A stretch of 39,414 nucleotides of DNA from a virus: the IMG/VR virus record IMGVR_UViG_3300026557_000001. One strand, given 5' to 3'. Position 1 is the stretch's first letter. Every line of letters starts with the position of its first letter. Below are positions 16,334 to 23,062 of the stretch, piece by piece. Both the position numbers and the translations under genes were made by a program. The notes below the pieces were generated by a model. That model saw nothing but the letters and a program-made list of their open reading frames with translations. It had not been told where the DNA came from and searched no databases.

Positions 16334-16451
16334 GCATTATACTCACCGGCGCAGTGGCGTTCTTTTTTCTGCCGCACACATAGTACTTTCGGTCCAAGAG
16401 AAAATGCAACCGCTCGTTTCGTGAAAGTTACGATGCTGGGCAAGAGCCGAG

Positions 16452-16637
16452 TCATCGCTTGCGCTCCACTGCTCGCTTTACGATCCGCTTGGTGCGCAGC
16501 CGCTCCACTTGCCGGCGAGGCTTGGCCAGCAGCTCGGCTAGTTGCGCCCCGATCGCGTCGATTTTACTCATCATCTCTCGCCGGTAGCTGAAAAGCCCAT
16601 CTTTCATGATCGCAGCATCGGCTAAAATGCCCTTCAT
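16452..16637 (-). CDS. Small helical basic protein downstream of the RHH gene
   Basis: The track ORF 16452..16739 overlaps the RHH gene. The internal ATG 16637 has GGAGG 3 nt upstream, giving a 61-aa product MKGILADAAIMKDG...KRAVERKR. Confidence 0.6.
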   Translation of the reverse strand: MKGILADAAIMKDGLFSYRREMMSKIDAIGAQLAELLAKPRRQVERLRTKRIVKRAVERKR

Positions 16638-16653
16638 GGCCTCCACAGTCCAC

Positions 16654-16794
16654 CTAGGCTGGCTGCTTTTCGTAGTGTTCTTCAAGAATAAGCTCAATGG
16701 TTGCAGTAAGATCGCGCTTCTCTCGCTCCGCTTCATCACGTAACTTTCTTGCTAATTCGCGTGGCAGGCGGATGTATAGAATGTCGGTTCCCAT
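16654..16794 (-). CDS. Ribbon-helix-helix (Arc/CopG-like) DNA-binding protein, 46 aa, absent from the ORF track
   Basis: Hand translation gives MGTDILYIRLPRELARKLRDEAEREKRDLTATIELILEEHYEKQPA. This is the classic RHH pattern: a beta strand (ILYIRLP) followed by two helices. It is the first gene of the minus arm. Confidence 0.7.
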   Translation of the reverse strand: MGTDILYIRLPRELARKLRDEAEREKRDLTATIELILEEHYEKQPA

Positions 16795-16830
16795 CTTCTT
16801 CGGACGGCCTCTTGTCTCCATAGGTCAGGT

Positions 16831-16859
16831 AGCGTATAACGGCTAAATGAGAAAGTCAA
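16831..16859 (-). promoter_or_regulatory. Candidate sigma70-type promoter of the minus arm (TTGACT-N17-TACGCT)
   Basis: The minus strand has TTGACT (plus coordinates 16854-16859), a 17-nt spacer and TACGCT (16831-16836), about 37 nt upstream of the RHH ATG. Confidence 0.4.
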
Positions 16860-16885
16860 GAGGAAACATGGTGAGATATGGGCAT

Positions 16886-16905
16886 CGAAATAACTCATAA
16901 TTTCG
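16886..16905. promoter_or_regulatory. Inverted repeat CGAAAT-N8-ATTTCG between the divergent promoters (candidate operator)
   Basis: CGAAAT 16886-16891 and ATTTCG 16900-16905, ending 1 nt before the TTGACA at 16907. The same half-sites recur as palindromes at 16006-16018 and 10239-10250. Confidence 0.4.
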
Positions 16906-16906
16906 C

Positions 16907-16937
16907 TTGACAAGTATTCGCCTTTCTGGCCTAATGA
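16907..16937 (+). promoter_or_regulatory. Candidate promoter of the plus arm (TTGACA with a weak -10)
   Basis: Perfect TTGACA at 16907-16912. The only -10 candidates 17-19 nt downstream are CCTAAT, CTAATG and TAATGA, all poor matches. Confidence 0.3.
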
Positions 16938-16957
16938 TGACAGTGAGGGACGCCGCC

Positions 16958-17230
16958 ATGCCAACACTCTTTGACAAAATGAAGTGCACCAAAAGAAGCT
17001 ATAGCCGAAGCCGAAGGGGGAAGGCCCAAATGACTACCCAACTAGAACAGAATTTCGACAAGCTGTCCGCTTCGGTGACCCAGGCTTGCGAACTGATCGA
17101 CCAGCTGCGCGCCGAACGCGATGCCCTGCGCCATGCGCTGCAAGCCCTGTACGATGCGAGTCCCACATCCTGCGACGACGACTACCTAAACGAAGCCCAG
17201 CGGCTGGCGGAAGGAATTTTGAGTAAGTGA
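16958..17230 (+). CDS. First plus-arm gene, helical small protein (alternative start 17030)
   Basis: The ORF is open from 16907. ATG 16958 has GAGGGA upstream. ATG 17030 has GAAGGGGG 9 nt upstream, a motif seen before other starts in this genome. Confidence 0.5.
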   Translation: MPTLFDKMKCTKRSYSRSRRGKAQMTTQLEQNFDKLSASVTQACELIDQLRAERDALRHALQALYDASPTSCDDDYLNEAQRLAEGILSK

Positions 17231-17355
17231 TTGAGTTTTCATGGTGGATGCGTTAACGCTGGCCACGGTACTCAACGCAGGCCATGAAATCGGCGGACGG
17301 GAGCGGGGTAGAAGCGACGCTACTTCTCCCGTTCGCCAGTGAAAGGAAATAGCCG

Positions 17356-17559
17356 ATGAGCGACGTACCAACCAAGTTTCCACACAACATTTACGTTTCG
17401 CATTACGACCATTCGCGCGAGGACAGTATTTCACTCAACGCTGACATTACCAAGGAAGGCGCCGTGAACGAAAACGGACCAACGCTCGTAGCAACTTACG
17501 TGCTGAACAAGGTGAGTTTAATCACCAAGAAAATCGAAGAAGAAGAGCAGGACTTTTAA
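17356..17559 (+). CDS. Hypothetical protein (67 aa)
   Basis: ATG preceded by AAGGAAATAGCCG. Confidence 0.6.
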   Translation: MSDVPTKFPHNIYVSHYDHSREDSISLNADITKEGAVNENGPTLVATYVLNKVSLITKKIEEEEQDF

Positions 17560-17569
17560 CGAGGCTGAA

Positions 17570-17722
17570 ATGACCACCCCCAAAGAACCCACCTACATGG
17601 AATCCGCCGAGCGGCTGCAGCGCATCCTCGAACGGCTGAACGCGCTGGCCCAGCAGAACGATATCCCCGCCAAGCAGCCACCGGAAGAAAGGGCGCGGGA
17701 AGAACGGGGAGTAAATTCGTGA
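17570..17722 (+). CDS. Hypothetical small protein (50 aa), below the track cut-off
   Basis: Hand translation gives MTTPKEPTYMESAERLQRILERLNALAQQNDIPAKQPPEERAREERGVNS. GAGG lies 5 nt upstream, and its TGA overlaps the next gene's GTG (GTGA). Confidence 0.5.
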   Translation: MTTPKEPTYMESAERLQRILERLNALAQQNDIPAKQPPEERAREERGVNS

Positions 17723-17982
17723 GTATGGTTTGCTCGGGATGTCAGGTGCCGATCACACCGCATACGAAGTATCTTTGCGTCTATCTCTCTCCCATTGGTT
17801 TCAATCTCGCCATAGGCTGCTATCACTTCACTCCGCCGGCGGGCTGGAATCATGTCTTCGGAGGCGCCGCATGCTTCCACCGCTGGCTTGAAGAGTTCGA
17901 AGACAATCTGAAAACCTGTAAACACAACGGAGATCACTATGATCAGTTATTTAAAGTCAATCCGCTGTCCGTACTGCTGTAA
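17719..17982 (+). CDS. Hypothetical Cys-containing protein (87 aa)
   Basis: GTG start coupled to the upstream stop (GTGA). Contains a CSGC motif. Confidence 0.5.
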   Translation: MSMVCSGCQVPITPHTKYLCVYLSPIGFNLAIGCYHFTPPAGWNHVFGGAACFHRWLEEFEDNLKTCKHNGDHYDQLFKVNPLSVLL

Positions 17983-18148
17983 TCGCAAAGGCGCTTATGT
18001 GTGGTGTGAAGCATGTTCGGGTTCTCGGCTTCTCGCCATCGAAGATAAGCCAACGCAGCGGCTCACCTGGCGCGAGCGTATCTTCTGCGCCGCGGTCATT
18101 TGCTTGGCTACCGCCAGCTTACTGTTGTGGATTATAGCTAGCAAATGA
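17939..18148 (+). CDS. Zinc-ribbon protein with a C-terminal transmembrane helix
   Basis: 69 aa with GGAGA 5 nt before the ATG. CPYCC...CEAC followed by IFCAAVICLATASLLLWIIA. Confidence 0.6.
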   Translation: MISYLKSIRCPYCCNRKGAYVWCEACSGSRLLAIEDKPTQRLTWRERIFCAAVICLATASLLLWIIASK

Positions 18149-18468
18149 GGAAAGCCGAACCACAAATCCTTCTCGGCCTGCACTTGAAGGAACTCGCCTT
18201 GGCGGCTTTTGAGGAATACTCGTTCCATGAAAAGCGCAAGTGGCGATTCGATTTTGCCGTGCCGGAACATAAATTGGCTCTGGAAATAGAAGGCGGCATC
18301 TGGACGCAAGGCCGGCATTCGAGAGGTAAAGGTTATCAAGAAGATTTGCACAAGTACCAGGAAGCCGCTGTGCTCGGATGGACGGTGCTGAGATTCAGCG
18401 TCGAAGATGTACTGACGGCAGTATCGAAGAGCGTAATCAGAAGATGGATGGAAAAGAATAGCTTCTAA
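18145..18468 (+). CDS. Vsr/DUF559-like PD-(D/E)XK endonuclease
   Basis: 107 aa. RFDFAVPEHKLALEIEGGIW...HSRGKGYQEDLHKYQEAAVLGWTVLRFS matches the D...ExE/K core and the C-terminal GW.VLRF signature. ATGA coupling to the upstream gene. Confidence 0.6.
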   Translation: MRKAEPQILLGLHLKELALAAFEEYSFHEKRKWRFDFAVPEHKLALEIEGGIWTQGRHSRGKGYQEDLHKYQEAAVLGWTVLRFSVEDVLTAVSKSVIRRWMEKNSF

Positions 18469-18480
18469 ACGGAGAGCGCC

Positions 18481-19509
18481 ATGAGCGATGGAAATGGAAC
18501 ACCCACAACAGTTGAGATCGTGCCGGTGATGGATTCCGGCGTTGTTTTAATGCCGGTGATGAATATCCAAGCTGCCAAGCAGCGTCTCGCCGAGTTTCAA
18601 GAATTCGTGAAAGGATATCTGGTGCCCGATGAAGACTACGGACTCATACCTGGAACTCCTAAGCCAACTCTTTTCAAACCGGGGGCTGACAAACTGTGCG
18701 AGCTTTACGGCCTCGCTGACGATTTCACCATCGAATCGCGCGTTGAAAACTATCAAGCTGAGCCACCACTGTTCGATTACACCTTCAAGTGCATTCTCAC
18801 AACTCGGCGCGATTCTCGTCTGGTGGGGACAGGCTTTGGGTCGTGCAACAGTTGGGAAGGTAAGTATCGTTTCCGGGAGTCCAAGCGCAAATGCCCGCTG
18901 TGCGGCAAGGAAACCATCATCAAAGGCAAAGAGGAATACGGCGGCGGGTGGCTCTGCTGGAAAAAGAAAGACGGCTGCGGCGCCAAGTTCGTCGAGGACG
19001 ACAAAGCCATCACCGAGCAGAAAGCGGGCAAAGAGATAAACGACGATGTGCCCACGCTGAAGAATACCATCCTCAAGATGGCCAAGAAACGCGCCAAGAT
19101 CGATGCGGTAATCGCCGTAACGCGCTCGTCAGGCATCTTCACCCAGGACATGGAAGACATCGTGGAAGGAGCCACCGCCGATACGGGCCAAGGAACAAAG
19201 GCCAGCGCACAGCGTGTAGCCGAGCAAAAAAACGCCAAGTCAAAGAGCAAGGAAGCGCAGCCCACGCTTTTCTATGTCGAACCGCCAGAGCAAAATGGCT
19301 ACTTCGTCGAATTCGTCAATATCAAGACTTTTGGGGCCGCGCTGAATGAGGTTGCAGCCGAGGGATTGAGGCAACTGCTCAAGCCCTACATCGCCAAGAT
19401 CACCAAGAGTGACACCATGCTAGTCTCTACCTCCAAACTGCCGGAACTGCTCGAAAAACTCGCCGGCGATGCTGGCATTTCTGTTCGCAAATTGGAAGCG
19501 AAACAATGA
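18481..19509 (+). CDS. Conserved phage protein with an inserted zinc ribbon; possibly ssDNA-binding or recombination-associated
   Basis: 342 aa. KPTLFKPGADKLCELYGL, CPLCGKE...CWKKKDGCGAKF, MAKKRAKIDAVIAVTRSSGIFTQDMED. It lies between two nuclease genes. The functional family is not firmly recognised. Confidence 0.35.
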   Translation: MSDGNGTPTTVEIVPVMDSGVVLMPVMNIQAAKQRLAEFQEFVKGYLVPDEDYGLIPGTPKPTLFKPGADKLCELYGLADDFTIESRVENYQAEPPLFDYTFKCILTTRRDSRLVGTGFGSCNSWEGKYRFRESKRKCPLCGKETIIKGKEEYGGGWLCWKKKDGCGAKFVEDDKAITEQKAGKEINDDVPTLKNTILKMAKKRAKIDAVIAVTRSSGIFTQDMEDIVEGATADTGQGTKASAQRVAEQKNAKSKSKEAQPTLFYVEPPEQNGYFVEFVNIKTFGAALNEVAAEGLRQLLKPYIAKITKSDTMLVSTSKLPELLEKLAGDAGISVRKLEAKQ

Positions 19510-20033
19510 GAAAACAGACATTTGAAAACGTGTTCAAACGCGTGGAAAAAGAAAAGAATGGCTGCTGGACTTGGACAGGATCTTTGAACCACAAAGGCTA
19601 TGGCCAAGTTAGCTGGCACGGCAAGGTAGTGCGTGCCCACCGAATCATTTATTTTTTAATAACAGGAAAAGAAGTTCCTTCGAATATGACGATAGACCAC
19701 CTATGCCGCAATCGGGCTTGCGTAAACCCCGACCACATGGAAGTAGTGACCGGAAAAGAAAATACTCTTCGCGGTGAAAATTTTTCTGCTTGTAATAAAA
19801 GAAAGCAGTTTTGTCCGCGCGGGCATAGTTTGTCTGGGAATAATTTACTTGCCGCCGCATTGCGACATGGCGGGAGAGACTGTAAAACCTGTAAAAGAGA
19901 AAAACACCGAGAACGATTGAGAACCGATCCGGTCTATCGGGAAGCTCACAGACTAAGGGTCAGAGCATGGTGGAGGAAAAAACATGCCCCCGGCCGTAAA
20001 GTTCGGGCATGGACAAGAAGGAAAGATGCCTGA
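19506..20033 (+). CDS. HNH_3-type homing endonuclease
   Basis: 175 aa. NGCWTWTGSLNHKGYGQVSWHGKVVRAHRIIY...DHLCRNRACVNPDHMEVVTGKEN. ATGA coupling to the upstream gene. The core of the gene looks AT-rich by eye. Confidence 0.85.
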   Translation: MRKQTFENVFKRVEKEKNGCWTWTGSLNHKGYGQVSWHGKVVRAHRIIYFLITGKEVPSNMTIDHLCRNRACVNPDHMEVVTGKENTLRGENFSACNKRKQFCPRGHSLSGNNLLAAALRHGGRDCKTCKREKHRERLRTDPVYREAHRLRVRAWWRKKHAPGRKVRAWTRRKDA

Positions 20034-20325
20034 CGTTCTAGCCTGTCTCGAACACTGTAAGTTCCTTATTTCCAAGGGGCGCGGGGCAGAAGCCGCAAAA
20101 CTTGTGCTACCCAGGCTAGAGGCCCAGCGACGTCGCGCCAACAAGGAAGGACGCACACGGCTGGTCAAGGACTTGCACAACGCCCAAGCCTATGCCGACT
20201 GGCACAAGGAATTCGATCGTTACGTCTCTGCGGCCGTGGACCCGAACGTGGCCTACAGCATCATGCTGCGCCTGCTCCAGCAACTGCCAAGTGAAAGTAT
20301 CAAGCGATTGGCCGAGGACCAGTGA
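20026..20325 (+). CDS. Hypothetical protein (99 aa)
   Basis: Internal ATG 20026 preceded by GAAGGAAAG. Overlaps the HNH stop by 8 nt. Confidence 0.55.
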   Translation: MPDVLACLEHCKFLISKGRGAEAAKLVLPRLEAQRRRANKEGRTRLVKDLHNAQAYADWHKEFDRYVSAAVDPNVAYSIMLRLLQQLPSESIKRLAEDQ

Positions 20326-20511
20326 ATGGTGGAAAGGCTAGGAGCAGCGTGCAGCCACTGTATGGAGCTGAACTTTACCGATTCCGCTTCCTGGCCGATG
20401 TGCCGTGTTTGCGGGCATCGCTGCGACCGGCCGCGCTACCTTTGCGATTGCCAGAGATGCAAGAATCAACGCGAAAACTTGGGGACGGAAAGAAGGAAGC
20501 CAAATGCCTGA
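20326..20511 (+). CDS. Cys-rich zinc-finger-like small protein
   Basis: 61 aa with CSHC, CRVCGHRC and CDCQRC. ATG directly follows the upstream TGA. Confidence 0.55.
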   Translation: MVERLGAACSHCMELNFTDSASWPMCRVCGHRCDRPRYLCDCQRCKNQRENLGTERRKPNA

Positions 20512-20851
20512 ACCAAAAGAGCGCGTGCTGTGGCATCAATCCGGCGTGAACAAGCACGGAGAACCGTTCATTCAGTTGCTTATGGACGACGAGCCAATTT
20601 GCCAGTTGACGCCCGAAGAAGCGCGCGACCACGCGAAGAACATTCTCGAAGCGACCGAAGCCAGCGAGCAGGACGCCTTCATGCTGGAATTCATGCAGAA
20701 GAAAGTCGGGCTGGACGTTGCCAGAGCCATGCAGGTGATTATTGATTTTCGGATGTGGCGCGAGAAACGCGGAAAGAAAGGGCCGCCAAGCGACGCACGA
20801 GAGTTTATGCGAACCGCCAAGCATGAGAAGCCGGAGAATCCAAATGCCTAG
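20504..20851 (+). CDS. Hypothetical protein (115 aa)
   Basis: ATG 20504 preceded by GAAGGAAGCCAA. The longer track ORF from 20405 would overlap the previous gene. Confidence 0.55.
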   Translation: MPEPKERVLWHQSGVNKHGEPFIQLLMDDEPICQLTPEEARDHAKNILEATEASEQDAFMLEFMQKKVGLDVARAMQVIIDFRMWREKRGKKGPPSDAREFMRTAKHEKPENPNA

Positions 20852-20863
20852 CGGGGAGGCCAT

Positions 20864-20880
20864 GAGGCAGGCGAAGGGGG
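20864..20880 (+). repeat. 17-nt exact repeat GAGGCAGGCGAAGGGGG just upstream of a start codon (copy 1)
   Basis: Identical 17-mer at 21210-21226. It ends 4 nt before ATG 20885. Confidence 0.7.
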
Positions 20881-20884
20881 GAAA

Positions 20885-21208
20885 ATGAGAAAGTTAATTG
20901 CAGGAAGTCTGCTGTTGCTGTTCGGAGCGCAGGAGCAGATGGTCGCTCCAAAGGTCGAGCACAAAAAGAGAACGGAGACTCAAGTCTATGATGAAGTTAC
21001 GCGCTCCTGCCCAGCAGGATACGAAGGGCATTTCGTGGACACTCAAACTGGATTCGACTATGTGTATTGGCTGGGAAATCTGCAATGGTCTGTTTCTACG
21101 GGCGGTATTCCCGGCTACACCATCTGTTTCAAGAAAGAATTCATGGACGAGATACGCAAGAATCCTGAACTGCTTGTGGCGCGACCGGCGCCGCCGAGGC
21201 CAATTTGA
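20885..21208 (+). CDS. Small secreted protein (signal peptide)
   Basis: 107 aa. MRKLIAGSLLLLFGAQEQ has n, h and c regions. The mature part contains two Cys. Confidence 0.6.
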   Translation: MRKLIAGSLLLLFGAQEQMVAPKVEHKKRTETQVYDEVTRSCPAGYEGHFVDTQTGFDYVYWLGNLQWSVSTGGIPGYTICFKKEFMDEIRKNPELLVARPAPPRPI

Positions 21209-21209
21209 G

Positions 21210-21226
21210 GAGGCAGGCGAAGGGGG
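21210..21226 (+). repeat. 17-nt exact repeat GAGGCAGGCGAAGGGGG (copy 2)
   Basis: Identical to 20864-20880. It ends 6 nt before ATG 21233. Confidence 0.7.
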
Positions 21227-21232
21227 TGGGGG

Positions 21233-21574
21233 ATGACGGCTGAGATGACGCGGGAAACTGATTGGGAAGCAGCAGCCAAGAAAGTGGACTGGACGCAGAT
21301 TCTCTTGAATCTGCTGAGCGGAAAGGAAACGGGGCGAGACGGCCAGCCATGCTTTTTTATTGGCGGCGGTCACTTCTGCGGACGAGCAAAGTTCTGGGAT
21401 GGGCATGACGATCAACACAAGTTCGTTCCACTGATAGTTCTTCTCGCGAGGGTCAGGCTAGGTGAAGCGAAATGGTGGGCTGAACGTGTTGGAAGTTGGA
21501 ATACTGCAACTGCTAGCCGAGTGAATACCCTAGAGCAAGCAGCAGGCGGGGGCGCCGCCGCAAAAGGAGGTTGA
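21233..21574 (+). CDS. Hypothetical protein (113 aa)
   Basis: ORF with the G-rich upstream motif. No family recognised. Confidence 0.55.
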   Translation: MTAEMTRETDWEAAAKKVDWTQILLNLLSGKETGRDGQPCFFIGGGHFCGRAKFWDGHDDQHKFVPLIVLLARVRLGEAKWWAERVGSWNTATASRVNTLEQAAGGGAAAKGG

Positions 21575-21598
21575 GATGCATGATCCGGTATATGGCCT

Positions 21599-21769
21599 AT
21601 GAGATGGAAGTCGAGAAACGACACTGAATGGCACCGCTGGTTCGCTTGGTATCCGGTGTTAACCGAGGAGAATGAGTGGGTTTGGCTGGAATGGGTCAAC
21701 CGTCAGCATCGCTGGCTCGCCAATCTTGACGATCCTTGGTGGTATTACAGCGATTTTGACAAGCCCTAG
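21599..21769 (+). CDS. Trp-rich small protein (56 aa), below the track cut-off
   Basis: Hand translation gives MRWKSRNDTEWHRWFAWYPVLTEENEWVWLEWVNRQHRWLANLDDPWWYYSDFDKP. Its ATG overlaps the TGA of an 8-codon mini-ORF that has a strong AAGGAGG. Confidence 0.5.
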   Translation: MRWKSRNDTEWHRWFAWYPVLTEENEWVWLEWVNRQHRWLANLDDPWWYYSDFDKP

Positions 21770-21798
21770 CAGGCAGCAAGAAGGGGAAGGGGCGCGAT

Positions 21799-22026
21799 AT
21801 GAAACGCGAAGTATCCACATTAGAGCAGAAAATCCAATGGTTGCTTGAGCATCGGCACTTCCTCATAGGCAAAGCTGACGAACGGAAGATCATCCTGGCC
21901 ATGAAGCATGACGGTCTAATTGCGAAGTCTACCTACTGGCCGGACGTGAAGGTCGTTGACGAGGCTCTCAGACAGGCGAAGTTCAAGTGGTACGCGGAGC
22001 ACAATGGAAGGGGAATCAAGCCGTGA
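21799..22026 (+). CDS. Hypothetical protein (75 aa)
   Basis: ATG preceded by AGAAGGGGAAGGGG. Confidence 0.6.
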   Translation: MKREVSTLEQKIQWLLEHRHFLIGKADERKIILAMKHDGLIAKSTYWPDVKVVDEALRQAKFKWYAEHNGRGIKP

Positions 22027-22877
22027 CCCACCAACAAGCTGGAGTGAGTGCGGAGGTCAGAGAGCTTTTAGAGGAAATTGCTGCCGGAAGAGGGCCATAC
22101 AAGCAAGATAATTATGATTTCGCATGTTCTGTGATCGAGACGGCGAAAGAAAATGCGAAGAAAGTTTTGGCCCTCCTAGCCACCGCCCCGCCCGAGCAGA
22201 CACAAGATTCTCTGGCAAGGAAGGGTCCTTCGCCAGAGCTAGGCAACGCAGATGAGCGAGGACACCCTTCACCAGCTCGTCCGGGCGAGAGAAGTACAGG
22301 TGTAGAGCAGCCTGACCGCTCCTCGCCCGAGTCGTTGCCGCCCCAAGCCGTAAGTGCTGGGGTGCTGAACGCTGAACTAAACGCATCGCCTACAGCGAGG
22401 GCGTACTTTCACAAAAGCATAGATCGCGTTCAAGAGATGAGGAAACTAGACTTGGAGCGCGCGAACAATCCTGAATTTCAGAACGACCGTGAGTACTATC
22501 TGGGTCGAGCACATCGCTGCGATGACATTCTATTTTGGCTTGGCGAGATGGAGTCGCGTTTACCTGCTGGTGCGCTTATTTCAAAGTCCGACGAAGAACG
22601 CGCCGAAGAGTTTATGGATTGCAATTACGACTCTCACGATGATTGTGTGAAATGGCTGGCGGCGAATTTTGCGGATGTACGGAGGATCGCGCTCGCCGCC
22701 CACGATCAAAAGGTGCGGGCCGAGGTGCTGGAAAGTTTAGAAAAGCTGCGCCAAAGCTGGGATGATTTGGCCGACGGCACTTCTGGTTTTGATTTTCGCT
22801 GCGGGCTTCAACAGTGCGAGGCCGAGTTGGGATTATTTCTAAAGAATCTCGCTTTGGGAGCAGAGGAGAAGCCATGA
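22023..22877 (+). CDS. Hypothetical protein with a central disordered Pro/Ser/Glu-rich region (284 aa)
   Basis: GTG 22023 overlaps the upstream TGA (GTGA), with GGAAGGGGAA 7 nt upstream. Confidence 0.55.
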   Translation: MTHQQAGVSAEVRELLEEIAAGRGPYKQDNYDFACSVIETAKENAKKVLALLATAPPEQTQDSLARKGPSPELGNADERGHPSPARPGERSTGVEQPDRSSPESLPPQAVSAGVLNAELNASPTARAYFHKSIDRVQEMRKLDLERANNPEFQNDREYYLGRAHRCDDILFWLGEMESRLPAGALISKSDEERAEEFMDCNYDSHDDCVKWLAANFADVRRIALAAHDQKVRAEVLESLEKLRQSWDDLADGTSGFDFRCGLQQCEAELGLFLKNLALGAEEKP

Positions 22878-23062
22878 AGCGCGAAAGTATTTTCGCCCAA
22901 ATTGAACGCCATGAGCGCTTTCGCAAGCGCATGGAAATGCGCCATCAGAAGCACATCACGTCCGGCAAGCCACGGCCAAAGACCTGCTTCCAATGTCGAA
23001 TAGAGAAAATTCGCTCCCAGCGGCCCGCCCCAGCCGCCAGCAAGCCCGAGGCCAAGCCATGA
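22874..23062 (+). CDS. Small basic protein
   Basis: ATGA coupling at 22874. 62 aa, MKRESIFAQIERHERFRKRMEMRHQKH... Confidence 0.5.
   Translation: MKRESIFAQIERHERFRKRMEMRHQKHITSGKPRPKTCFQCRIEKIRSQRPAPAASKPEAKP

Noticed and set aside
16362-16368. A AAA AAG slippery heptamer (minus strand), in frame within ORF 16125..16409, as a possible -1 frameshift linking it to the start-less protein-like frame
   Set aside because: The protein-like frame is +1, not -1, relative to the heptamer frame. The -1 frame hits a TAG after about 22 codons. The 94-aa zero frame is Arg/Gln/Ser-rich and itself doubtful.
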